Assembly: GCF_018977255.1 (NCBI RefSeq)
Contig: NW_024704742.1
Location: 63,552,001-63,616,000, forward strand
Length of the DNA: 64,000 bases
Direction: 5' to 3'
DNA from: Callorhinchus milii
Taxonomy: Eukaryota
The position numbers and the translations under genes are program-made. Within the stretch, counting starts at the first letter, position 1. Each line of letters starts with the position of its first letter. The notes under the pieces are model-generated. The model worked only from the letters and a program-made list of their open reading frames with translations. It did no database searches and had not been told where the DNA came from. Below are positions 40,691 to 53,550 of this stretch, piece by piece.

Positions 40691-42747
40691 ACAAATACTA
40701 CTTTGCCCTTTGTGTGTCATCTTTAATTGCAGCTCAGGTGACGCATAACAAAAATATATCACACCCAATATCATAATAATAAGCTACTCTTATGTCTACC
40801 CGTTGACAGAAGGCAAAGGCCAACCCATTCACACCATAAAACTCAAATCTTGGGAATTTTTTTCAAAACACCAGAGCCTCAAAGGATATTGATTAGTTCA
40901 GCATTACCCCCAAATTAGATTCTTGCTGGATCCAGATCCTGTGGGACCCTCACAGTAAACAGATATGCCAAGACAGCGGAATAAAAGTATACAGGCTCAG
41001 AGTTGCAAAGGGCAATTTCAGGACCAACGATAGGAAGTATTGCTTTACCTAGAGGGTAAATATAACTGGAACAAATAACTAGGAATAGTGTTTGAGGCCA
41101 GGCACTGGATTAATTTAGGAATGTGATGCTGTAATGTAGGACCGATTGGTTGGATGTTCTGATAGGGTTGGTATTCTGGGAGGATAAGATCTAAGATACA
41201 TCCTCTTGAGGGTCCAGACCAGCCCAATGACAAATGTTCACATTAATCATCNAAAAAACCCTGTTATTAGAGTTTCTATTATTTTACACTGTAAATAAAC
41301 AGTATGGAATCATTGAAGTTTGTAATGGTGACTATGCTTTTCCCACTGCTCCTTATCAAGGAACTCCCTTCTTTCTGGTACCTATACCGTACTATTAAAA
41401 TATTTTAGTTTTTGTGAATTTTATCATCATACAAAAACTTCATGGCCTATTGGCAAATTCAGTTATTTTTTAGATAACATAATACATTTTAGATCCCATG
41501 TAGTTAAACTACCAAATATCCTCAACCAGTCTGTAGCTTCTGTTACAGTTGCCATACCAAAAGCAACCGTTTTACACCTCTTCAATAGTCAGGAGACAGC
41601 AATATATTCTAGTACCTTGCGGTTTTTAAAATCCCCATACCACAAGGTAATGTAATCAGATAATCTGACTCGAAACCTTAAACACAGCCTTTAAATAAAT
41701 CCCACATACAAGCATATCGATGTGCAGAACCCGTCTGCCCTGAGCATTGTGATGTTTACAGCAAGTTAGATGACAAGCAGAAGACAACTAGTGGAAATAC
41801 AGGTCTCCAGAGGAATAAGATCAATGCAGTTATATTTCTTTTGAGTATCCCTTTTCCCTTCCCAAACAAAACACAACATGAATACTTAAAAGGTTATTTT
41901 GACAAAGCCTGTAACTGAATGCCACATTTGTTGTTTGGTGCCTTAACTTTCTAAGCTGCACTTTTAATACCCAACCAACCGAAAGTGAGAAAAATACCAC
42001 AAGGAAACTAATAATACATTCTTTTAAGAAACTATAAAAACAATTAATCTCATTTTGTAGTTACAGAAGGCAATACTCAACACACGATTGTCATTATGTA
42101 CTTCAACTCCACTTCTTTATGACCTAAGAAATGTGCCTCTTTCTGCAATTAATGGTTGTTTCTTTGTTCATTGCACCTTTAACTCAAAGCACTAAGCACG
42201 GGTGGGAAGGATTCAAGGTGAGGGCTGCCCAGCACGTCTGCTCAAGTCAAAAGTACTTCCAATAATAGTTTACTCTTGATGAGTAATAGTTTACTCTCGA
42301 TGAGTATTAAACAATGTTCTTCCAAACTTTTGAAACATTTTATGAAAAAACGACAAATGGCACATAAATCAAACTACTTTCTGAAATACTCTTCACTAAT
42401 GATTTATTACATTGAGCAAACCCCATTTGCTCAACGTAATAAATAGTTTGAACGTACATTTTCATTTCTCTTCCGTGAACTAAGCAGAATAACCATTCAA
42501 TTATTTTTAAGTGTGAAGAGCAATGTCAAAAATGATCTGAGATCCAAATGAAATTGATTCAAAGATCTTCAGTTCTTGTGAGTCTCATTCATAAAACTAT
42601 ATTGCTAATTGCAACTTGATTCGATAATCCTACACAGTATGGCACTTTCTTGAGAAGCATAGAATGGTGGGCTAAGATAGAAAGGGAAGAAACTGTAAAC
42701 TCGCAAAGATTGCAAAAGCAGATTTATTCCCCTTTGTACTACATCTT

Positions 42748-42957
42748 TAATAATAATAATAATAATAATCCTTGCATTTGATATAGCGCTTTTCACGTCG
42801 GGAGGATGTCCCAAAGTGCTTCACAGAATATACTGTAAAGTGAATTGACTGTATATTTGTGGGCGAACGCGGCAGCCAATTGCGCACAGCAATGTCCCAC
42901 AAACAGTCGTGGATTGAAAATGACCAATTTATTATTGTTTTTGGTTTTGGAGGGATT
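42748..42957 (-). mobile_element. 5'-truncated tRNA-SINE
   Basis: Matches the 3' two-thirds of the SINE; (ATT)n tail. Confidence 0.88.
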
Positions 42958-43597
42958 AAGGTTGGTGTGTACAAATAGTTGCTGTTTACCAACACCAAGC
43001 AAACATGCATCATAGGATTTTTTTTTGCTAAGAATTTCTGCACAAGTTGTAAAGGATACTTGGAAGACCAAGTGAGTTCTGCCCTTGACTTCTTCAATTA
43101 GAACAGAAGGCAACAATGTGGGAGATTTAAAAGTTCAATTCAACTCCATGAAACCATAGTAGATAATACTGCAATAACCATGATTGAAATCCATTAAAAG
43201 CCTACCGAAAAATTTCAAAAAAGGAGAGTGGCTCACCAATTTGGATTTAGTTGGGGTACCTGCATTGCCCAATGCCATGATGGCTGGTCAAAACCTTGTC
43301 TTCTGTAGTCATTCACTATTCTGTACTGCGCATGTGGTCCTTCAACCACAGCCAGTAAGAGCACGACGGGTCGGGACGAAGGTTCCCATGATGGTCTCGC
43401 ATGGAACACTGCATATGCTGCTTCAAAGCCAGTGGGTGCGCATGCGATGAAGGGTCCCTTTCACTCTCTACGTGATCAGACATTCCTCACCCACTCCACA
43501 AGATCATTTTCTCTTTGAGCCCCCCACCCTGCTGCCGTGCGTAATGACGTGGATGTAATGTCCCAGGAGGGGGGGCACTGGGGTGCAATTATGCAGT

Positions 43598-43837
43598 CAA
43601 GAACTGTAGTCGCTGGGAACACTCAGCAGGTCAGGCAGCATCTATGGAGAAAGGAAAGTGAGTCAACGTTTCAGATCCACGACCCTTCGTCAGAACAGAG
43701 GACATCAGGACCCATCAGAATGGACTTGTGGACCCGAAACATTGACTCACTTTCTTTTCTCCATAGATGCTGCTGAGTGTTCCCAGGAACTTCTGTCTTT
43801 GTTTATAGATTTCCAGCATCTGCAGTCTTTTGCGTTT
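43598..43837. mobile_element. Fold-back element with an intact hammerhead core on the - strand
   Basis: Inverted arms at about 43612-43680 and 43728-43786; flanked by the exact direct repeat TGCAATTATGCAGT (43584-43597 and 43838-43851). Confidence 0.8.
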
Positions 43838-44511
43838 TGCAATTATGCAGTGTTCCTTTGGAAGTAGGCGGATTTGTGCAAATAAATTAAAGTGGATTTA
43901 ATAGGAAATTCAAAGGGAGTTGGGCAGATGTACTACATAGACGATTATATGATTTGGACAGATCAGAATTCTGTGAGTTTTACTGTATATTCTCCAGCTC
44001 TAAACCCTGCAGAGCACGATAAGCTATTGAGTCAGTAAAATAACCAATTTGTTATTTATTGGACACCTCAACTTGTTCAGTAATTTGCATCACGTCTACT
44101 TACCAAAGTAAGCCTGGAATAATCAAGTTGATGGGAGAGAAATAAACCAAATTTGCATTTTGAAAGGAAAACCAGGCATGTTCGTGGTTGTATAGTTTCT
44201 GCAGTTAGTATGTCTGTTTTTTTTTTGGTGGAAGACACTGTTTTTTAAAGACTTTTTAATGTCCTTAACTGAATACAAAAAATGGATGAATTCATGCAAC
44301 AAATCATCCAGATTTTTGTATTGCCTACAAAGACAGTCACTATGTCACAGTAAAATTCTGTGAAGCGTTTGAGATGTCTCAGCAAGGTGATATGGCACTA
44401 TGTCATATGCAAGGATTATTATTCTCGTTATTACAGTGGTATTGCTAATCTAGATCTGATCTGAGACAATGTACATAAACTACTGTACACAAACAATGTA
44501 CATAAACTAAT

Positions 44512-44690
44512 TAATTGGTCATTTTCAATCCACGACTGTTTGTGGGACATTGCTGTGCGCAATTGGCTGCCGCATTCGCCCACAAATATACAGTCAATTC
44601 ACTTTACAATCTATTCTGTGAAGCGCTTTGAGAAGTTGAGAAGATGTGAAAAGCGCTAAATCAAATGCAAGGATTATTATCATATATTAT
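44512..44690 (+). mobile_element. SINE 3' half
   Basis: Matches the SINE body and tail. Confidence 0.85.
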
Positions 44691-44869
44691 TATATTATCA
44701 TTACTCAAGATGGTTGTTTTTCCGTTGACACATCAGATTTAATTATGGAGTAAATATACCATTGGAATCACATGTCTGAACAAAAAATTGTAAGCTTCAG
44801 AAACTTGTTTAATGACTATTATTTAAACAATGTAGGCAAATTACTTTGTGAGCAAAGTACTGTGCAGTA

Positions 44870-45141
44870 CTGTATATAGAAAAATGAATTACCATATTAT
44901 GTACCATAACATGGTATAGAAACCTTGCCTAAATGTCACCAGCCAGTTCAGTACTTGTGTAATTGTTATTTGCGAGTAATATAAAATACAACTTATACAT
45001 AAATTTACACAATGCATATATGATATGACTTACACAAGTTTCATATTACTCATACTTTGCATAAGTCATATTAAACACATGGTTCCAACTGATATAAATG
45101 CAATCTTGTTGTTGTTGTTACGACTTGTGAGGTTTACTGTA
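44870..45141. mobile_element. Tigger-like remnant, second copy, with a small L2-tail insertion
   Basis: Collinear with 17995-18250 except for ATAAATGCAATCTTGTTGTTGTTGTT at about 45094-45119. Confidence 0.6.
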
Positions 45142-45267
45142 CTGTCTCAATGCCATTCTATAATGTACTCTGACCTGCCTGAGGTCCATCTACAACATAT
45201 GCTTGAGTGAAAAATTTATCGCAATCACTTGTTTATTCTTCATATGAAGAATATACTTGAAATTACG

Positions 45268-45582
45268 ATAATAATAATAATGCTTGCATTTGATATAGCG
45301 CTTTTCACGTTGGGAGGACGTCCCAAAGCGCTTCACAGAACACACTGCAAAGTGAATTGACTGTATATTTGTGGGCGAACGCGGCAGCCAATTGCGCACA
45401 GCAATGTCCCACAAACAGTCGTAGATTGAAAATGACCAATTTATTATTGTTTTGTTTTGGAGGGATTATTATTAGGCTCTGTGTGGAGTAAGGAAACTTG
45501 CCCAAGGTTTCGCCCTGCCTGGAATTGAACTCAGGTCTCTCGCTTACAAAGCGAGTGCTCTAACCACTGAGCTACAGGACTC
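45268..45582 (-). mobile_element. Full-length tRNA-SINE, short subfamily
   Basis: Near-identical to 49-364 and 40375-40690. Confidence 0.92.
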
Positions 45583-46287
45583 CACTATGGTCGAGATACA
45601 AATACTGCCTTTGGAGATGGCAGCAAAAAGAGGTCTAAACAGTATTTCTTCTTTTCTTGAAGGAATTAGCTTTTTTTTAATGTGAAACCCAGGCACAGCA
45701 TACTTCATTGGACCTTTGTGTATCCTGATTTCTTACAGGGATTGCACACATGGCTGAGTTATGAATGAAGAGGTCATTTAACCTATAACTCTCCTTGAGG
45801 GAGCTCTTATTTAGTTCTTCATGTAGATATTCTAGTCCCCAAAGTATCATCCACATGCAATCAAACCACCAAAAAGACAGTGTCCTGCAGAAATAAGGTA
45901 AGTTGCATCTCATCAGTTCGTATGTGCCAGTTGTATAACAATAATACATCTTCAACAATTATAAAATCACTACCAAGATAAATATTTTTCTCTGAACCGA
46001 TGCAATCTTCAGCGATTTTCACATCAACCATTGGTGCCATTGTTCACCGTCAAGACTCATCCATGAAAAATGGGCATTCTGACAAGATATTAGAATAAAA
46101 CTGGTATAGTGGAACCATATCCAGCAAGGAGTCCATGTCTTCAGGAGGCAAGGGATAGGGATTAAAAATATAATATTTCATGAGATAAACATAATGGGTA
46201 AAGTTTAGGATGACTAAACACAAATAGAGCAATTGTGACCACATTTTTTTTTACCACCAGAGTCCTGTATAGTATTAACAAATTGTA

Positions 46288-46657
46288 AAGTCCTACTGTA
46301 ACTCAGTGGTTAGAGCACTCGCCTCACAAGCGAGAGACCTAGGTTCAATTTCTGGCAGGGCAAAACGTTGGGCAAGTTTCCTTACTCTACACTCCTCTAT
46401 TTACCTAGGAAGTAGGAACCCGAATGTTCGTTGATTAGTGGATCGCTTTTTCGAGGTTAATACTTCCTTCCAAAAAATAATAATAAATTCATCACTCAAT
46501 CCAAGACTATTTGTGGGACACTACTGTGCACAATTGGCTGCTGCGTTTCACCCACAAAATATGCAGTCAATTCACTTTACAGTATATTCTGCGAAGCGCT
46601 TTGAGACATCTCGAAGACGTGATGAAGCACTACATCAAATGCAGGGAATATTATTAT
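46288..46657 (+). mobile_element. tRNA-SINE, long subfamily
   Basis: CTCAGTGGTTAGAGC A box, GGTTCAATT B box, central insert and tail. Confidence 0.85.
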
Positions 46658-47620
46658 CATTGGACCAAACAAAATTAAAAAGGTTCATTTGAGAAACTTG
46701 AAATTTTATGGAGTTTGAATATCCTGGATTTGCTGAACTGGACAAACCAAACCCACTTAATATACAAGAAATTTCTGCTTCCACAAAGGAGTAATTGCAA
46801 ATGTGGAACTTCATATTTAAATTACACAACATCGTGCTCCGGAACTGGAGAAGAGGCATAAATTAAAAAAGCAGCAAAATTGATTGCTTGATCTAAATGT
46901 CGACACTAAAGCCTGCATTTGAGAGAATTTTTAGATTTTCTATTACTTGCATAAGGCCTGCGTCATTTACCAGTGCAGTGTTGATTTGCATTACTCAAAG
47001 CCGCAACCCCAGGCAGTTAAGAATGATGCCGCTTACGCTGCATTATCAAAAGAATTACAAAGGAGATAAAAGGAGCTCAAGCAGGCACACCTTGGACTGT
47101 GAATGATGAACAAATTCTAGTTAAATGGGAGGGAAGGAAGCCACAGCAGTTACAATTAACGTATGCTGCTTCTTGGATCCATTTTAGTTTAAGTACTTAA
47201 AATGCCTGACGCTGAACATGGATTAAACAAAAGAACATTAATAACATTCCAGAATACTCCACACATTGTGGAGACCCTCTATAAAAATGTACTTAATTGT
47301 CGAAAGCGTAATAGATTTTTTCATTTAAAATGGTTGAAAAATAAAAGGTTAATGTGTCTGTGTGAGCTGCAGATGGTGTCACTAACAGCTGGCTATCATG
47401 TATAGTCTGTCCACAGAAAATAAATGCACGAGGACGTAGCAAAAGGCAAAGGAACTACACAGAAAGCAGAATTTGGCAAAAAAATCAAAATATCTGAATA
47501 AGAACAAATGACCTCTGAAGCTGCCTATCTGCCCACAGAAAGACAGTCAGAAATTCTACCTGCTGGAACAACTTGCTCTCAATACCGAAAGCTACCGATT
47601 GCAACATAACTGGAACTCAC

Positions 47621-47699
47621 CCCTTCTCGGCATTTCTCGCAGAGGAATGCAGTTTCCACCACCATCATAAGGTAAATAAGGATCGGAAGGCATTTCCAT
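47621..47699 (-). CDS. CLCN3: CLCN3 alternative first coding exon (ClC-3c-type N-terminus)
   Basis: ATG...G|gtgagt, 79 nt, phase 1 like the main first exon; MEMPSDPYLPYDGGGNCIPLREMPRR, resembling mammalian MDASSDPYLPYDGGG... Confidence 0.92.
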
Positions 47700-48074
47700 A
47701 AGATTAAAATAAAACAGCAAATCCGCAGCACTGAAAATCTACCACATTTCCCTCTCAAGCTGCAGTCAGAAAGGATGCCATGTTTGCTCAGGAAAGCACA
47801 GCGTGCAACCCGACCCTGTGCGGCAGGCAGCTGGGGCCCTTCTGAAACCTATGATGTAACCAACAGGAAATTTCTCCCGTCTGTTGTTACTGGTTACCAG
47901 CTACAGGCTCAGCGGCGCAGCAAATGCAGCTCTCTTACGTATTGGAATGGGCAGCTCTCGCTGAAGCACATCATCATCTCTACCTTTCGGGAAATCTCTG
48001 GATTATTTAGTTTTGTGTCTAAAATAATATAATAAAATAATAATATACTAAATAATAATAATAATAAACTAAAA

Positions 48075-48283
48075 TAATAATCCCTCCCAAAACCAAAAAC
48101 AATAATTAAATTGGTCATTTTCAATCTACGACTGTTTGTGGGACATTGCTGTGCGCAATTGGCTGCCGCGTTCGCCCACAAATATACAGTCAATTCACTT
48201 TACAGTGTGTTCTGTGAAGCGCTTTGGGACGTCCTCCCGACGTGAAAAGCGCTATATCAAATGCAAGAATTATTATTATTATT
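48075..48283 (+). mobile_element. 5'-truncated tRNA-SINE
   Basis: Matches the 3' part of the short subfamily. Confidence 0.88.
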
Positions 48284-49639
48284 ATAAAATGTATACCGTG
48301 AAAAAACATGTGACAACCATAAACTTGCTAAAAAAAAATTTTTACAATAATAAAAATCTATCTAAATGTAATATACTTTTTTTATTGGATTAGGAGGACA
48401 AGGAAAGGTTGGCAAGGAAGGCAATCGATAGAGATGAAATGTTTAACAAAGACATCCTATGGTGCATTTGGTGGTGCAAGAACAATCCATTTTTACTTCC
48501 CTAAATCAATACAAGATTGACCAACATCTGCTTCCACTTGTCCCCAAAGGATCACAATTCAAAATGCTCCCAATACTTAGTGCCATCTAAATATTTACAA
48601 TCATTTAAAATGAACAAACATCAATGTTTGCAAATTCAATGTGCGACAAAATTTAATACGAGTAAAAACATATATGCAAATATTTTGAAACATTACAATT
48701 AAAAACAAAGTATTTGAATTTTGGTGATTAAAAAGTGCTATAGATAGTTTCTTTCAAAAAATGTAAATTTAACGCAGCTTCATTTCTCGGGAGCTTTTTA
48801 AAAATAATTACATTGCAATAATTTTCCCCTCTGAGTGTCTGCTACATCAGTGCAATAAAAGAATCATATAATTCATATTCATATAATTTTATAGATTGAG
48901 ACACATTAGAACCTGTACTTTTTTTAAGATTAACAAACCTCAATGTTATTTGATCAGTCTCATCACAGTACAACTCAATTACTAACAATGCTCTGAACAT
49001 TTCAGTTGCAAAATAACACAATCTAAACGAGAAAACACAATGATAAATGCACATTATCAAACCTGCTGCACAAGTAAAATATCAACTCCAGTGTAGTCCC
49101 AGCTCTAAAATCATTTCTGATTCTACAATAGGAAAAGGGTAAGAAATCTTTTTCAGGCAAGTGACAAAAAGTCTAGAAATTGTTTTCAAGTTTTGTGGAT
49201 TGTGAAATCAAAACAGTTTTGATATGTTTCACGTCCCAAGTCGTCTTTCATTCATGGCTTGCTGTATATTAATCATATTCGCCAGTTTTCTTGTTGATTT
49301 TTATCAGTCTGGATTCTAGATTGTTTTAATTTTATCATTATTATTAAGGGGTCAACATGCTAGAATTTAAGGTAAAATGCAGGTATCCACAGGGTTAATG
49401 TTTGTAATTCAAAAGAATAACTCCAATCAGTCACTGCACGACCCAAGCACAGAGACAACTAACAGTAGTGTTATCTGTACTGAGTTGGGAAACACTGATA
49501 GCCAATGCTCACTCACTGGAGTCAACTGCAAACAAAAATGAAGAAGTCCAGGTTGTAGCAAGATGCAGTTCCTGTGCAGAACATCAGAGGAGCTCAAGCT
49601 CTGGACAATGCATGAGCTATCTTGTAAGCAACCAACTAA

Positions 49640-49837
49640 ACTCCCCCTCCTTAGCCTCCTTCAAGTCCCGCCTCAAGACCCTCCTCTTCGGCCATGCCAT
49701 CAGTCACCCCCCTTTCCCCTCCCTTCTCCCCCCCCCGACCCCAGCTCGGGTCTGAAATGCCGTACACTGTCCAGCACCTTGGGACATCCTCCTGACGTGA
49801 AAGGCGCTATACAAATGTAATCTTGTTGTTGTTGTTG
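49640..49837 (+). mobile_element. L2 3' end
   Basis: SLASFKSRLKTLLF, hairpin tail and (TTG)n. Confidence 0.8.
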
Positions 49838-50059
49838 TAGTAAACACAGGGGAGTATCCATTGGTGGCAGATACAGAAACTAACAATGCACAGCTCAGTT
49901 ACGTGGGGAGGGTGGATGAGAATGTGGTTAAGCTGGGCAAGGTTGTGGAGGAAAGTTGACTTGGTTAAACACATTTCTGAATTGTTGAATTTTTTTTTCT
50001 GGAAACAAAACGAGAGGTGATCACTTGGAATTTTGGAGACTGGGTTCCCAAGCTTTGGC

Positions 50060-50350
50060 TCTTGCCAACCTAGCGTAATACTTTCCGGAAATAGGTAAGC
50101 AGGATGCATCCCTCCAGGGAGAAAGTGCGCATTCTCTTTCAACAATCTATCTCTGGGATTCCCATGTGTAGGAGGGATGCAGGGAAATCTCAGCTGGTTT
50201 GGACACTCTCAAGCATGGGGATGGGTTTCTGCACGTGGCTGACACCCGGCTGATCACAAAAAGAGCTGTTTCATAGATTCACAGAAGGTACAGCTAAGAA
50301 ACAGGCCATCTGGCCCATGCAGTCCGGCTGGTGGTTATACTCCACATGAG
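50060..50350. repeat. Unclassified composite repeat, second copy
   Basis: Reverse complement of 2215-2500. Confidence 0.7.
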
Positions 50351-51039
50351 TACCTATCCAAGATCCTAGCCCCAATCTTGTTTTTTTTCACCATATCCTT
50401 CATGTGTCTGAATGAAGGGCTCTGAAGGCCTGGGTTTGATTACCCCTGAACTGGAATAATATGTTCCATTTGCTGCCCCAGGCATTCTGTGGCCTTTTTG
50501 TGTCATAAATTAAAGGCAATTTTGTGCTGTAAACACCAATCCACAAGAAATTATGTTAAGAATGCCCAAGGAGGCAACCTTCACTCATCAGACTGGACTA
50601 AATTTAAAACCCAGGTGCCAGATGAAAGACCATCGTGAAAACTCAATACACCACATGAGATTCCACTACCTTTCCTCCAAAACATAATTTACATTTATAT
50701 AGCACATTTTATATTGGGACTCCACATAGCAGACTGGGGGCCTGAGCTGAGGGTGGGGGGGACAGAGGACGATGGAGGGAAGATAAGTAAAAGATCTTGA
50801 GGCAGGTTTTAAAAGAGGGTGGAGGTGAAAAAGGGGACTCAAGAATTCCAAATTAGAAACAACTGAGTGGATCCACTTGATTCATTCATCCTCATATTTG
50901 GATGAAGGTAAATGAAGTTACATTCATTCAGTTTAACAAAACATTAGCCTGGTGTTAGCCTGGCTTACTTGGTAACGCTCTCATCTCGAGTTAGAAGGTT
51001 GGGTGTTCAAACTCCACTTCTGGGCTTTGAACTCACAGG

Positions 51040-52285
51040 GATATCTTTTATTTAACATCGTCATAAACAACCTGGAGTCGGCAATCACAAGCACAGTGTC
51101 TAAATTTGCAGATGACACAAAGCTAATGAAGGTGGTAGACTGCAAGGATGAACAGGATAGTTTACAGGAGGACTTGAACATACTTAGGAATTGGGGAGAT
51201 TGATGCCAGATGAAATTTAATGTAGAGAAATGCTAAGCGCTTCACATGGAGACCAAAAAAATCCAGGAAGGGACCATTATTTAAATGGTAAGAAAATAAT
51301 CTGTACAGAAAATGAAAAGGACCTGGGAATCCTGATTGATAATAAATTGAACCTATCGCAACAGTGCTCGGTAGCAGTGATTAAAGCAAACCAGATGCTG
51401 GGCTGCATTAAAAGGGCAATATTGAGTCAAAATAGTGGGGTAATCCTACCACTTTATAAATCACTGGTGCAGTTCTGGTCATCGCAATATAACAACAACA
51501 ACAAAATTACATTTATAGAGCGCCTGTCACCTCGGGAGGAAGTCCCAAAGCGCTGAACAGTCAAATGTCAGGGCCCGAGCATGGGGGAGGGGTGATGTAG
51601 GGATGAGGGAAGGCAGAGAGGTGGGAGGGAGATCAAAGGCACGGTCGAAGAGAAGGGTCTTGAGACCGGCCTTGAAGGAAGCAAGGGAGGAAGCGAGGTG
51701 AAGGGACCGTGGTGGCAGAGAGGCTGAAAGCCCGGCCACCGATGGTAGGGCGGGTGGAGCGGGAGACATGGAGCAGGCCGGAGCCTGATGAACGGAGGGC
51801 AGGTTGGTAGGGAGTCAGCAGGTCAGAGAGGATATAAAGGAGAGCAACGAGAATGATTGAGGGGATGGAGGAACTGGACTAGGAGGGGTGATTAGATAAT
51901 CTGGGCATGTTCACTCTGGGGAAGAGAAGGTTGAGGGGCGATATGATTATGGTCTTTAAGATTCTGAAAGGAATAGATAATGTAGACCACGATAAGCTAT
52001 AAGGACACGGCCTGCGATTGAAGGGGAATAAATTCAGCACAAATCTGCGGAAACACTACTTCAGTGAGCGAGTAGTAAACTTATGGAACAGGCTCCCTTG
52101 GGAGACAGTGGAAGCAGAAAATGTTGTTTGTTTCAAGAACAAATTAGATAAGATTTCTACTAGAAAATATTGTCTCGGGATGCAGTATATAGTTTGGGAC
52201 ACAACATGTAAAGCAACTGCCAGGATGGTGGAAGGTGAACGAGATGGAACTTGGTCTTCTTTCGCTTAGCAAATTCGTATGTTCT
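51040..52285 (+). mobile_element. CR1 RT/3' fragment interrupted by an antisense L2 3' end (about 51490-51830)
   Basis: LFNIVINNL...SKFADDTKL RT motif; EKDLGILID; YFSERVVNLWNRLP. Confidence 0.9.
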
Positions 52286-53124
52286 TAAGGTCTCTTCTGC
52301 CTACTCAGGTGACCATTAAAGATGCCACGGCACTATTCAAAAAGAGAAGGGAGTGTCTCCATGTCCTGGCCAATAATCCCCACAAATACAATTGGTCATT
52401 CACTTCCTGGTTGTTTGTGGGACATTGCCATATGTAAGCTGACTGCTAAGTTCACCAACAACATTCACAATGAATTTTGTGAAGCACTTTGAATGTCCTC
52501 CTAACATGAAAGACGCTGTATCAAGTGCAAGGATTATTATTGATCTATACATGGTGGAATGACTTCTTTTAACCATCAAAATGATCTTGAAATTTAATGT
52601 AGAATTTGATCAGATCAATTGCTAAACAGCTTTACACTGACTGAAAGCTTTCAGTGAATAATCAATCACACCCAAATCTTCAGAGACTTCCACTTTTGCT
52701 AATGGAAAGATTTCCATCATGTACATTAAAACCATCTCCCATTTTGCAGCCCATCTGCTTAACTGGTCCAACATCTCTCTCTTGTTAGTCACCTGATTAC
52801 ATAGCTTGATATCATCAACAAATCTTATACACTCTTTCATGCCATGTATTAATATTAGGTATAGAAGGAATCGAGAAGATTCCAACAAAACACCTACCAC
52901 TGGACACAGGCAGAGGATTTTCCATTGATGATAATAATAATCCGAGCATTTGATACAGTGCCTTATCACATCATCAAAACATCTCAAAACACTTCACAGG
53001 ATTTGCTGTAACATGAAATAACTATTTTTAATAGGCCATTTATAATCAGCTCATTCCTCCTAACTCTGCCTCTTGTGAGATCATTGACCGTTCTATCTGC
53101 TCTACCATCTGTCCTCCATTAGTG

Positions 53125-53480
53125 CAGTGCTGTGGCTCAGTGGTTAGAACACTTGCCTCGCAAGCGAGAGGACCTGGGTTTGATTCCCAGGAGGGCGAAA
53201 CATTGGGCAAGTTTCCTTACTCCACACGCCTCTGTTTACCTAGCAGTAAGTAGCAACTCAACTGTTAGTTGATTGTCAGATCGCTTTTCCGGGGGTAATA
53301 ATTGCTTCAAAATAAATTTTAAAAAATTTGGTCACTCAATCCACAACTGTTTGTGGGACACTGCTGTGTGCAATTGGCTGCTGCATTTCACCCACAAATA
53401 TACAGTCAATTCACTTTTTAGATGTCCCGTGAAGTGATTTGAATCGTCTCAAAGACAATATTATTACTATTATTATTAAT
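53125..53480 (+). mobile_element. tRNA-SINE, long subfamily
   Basis: TGGCTCAGTGGTTAGAAC head; CCTCTGTTTACCTAGCAGTAAGTAG central segment. Confidence 0.85.
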
Positions 53481-53550
53481 AATGCAGTGTCCCACAGACA
53501 GGATCCACTTAGCTGCATCTGCCCTTACCGACCACTAACCATCTCCCCCT

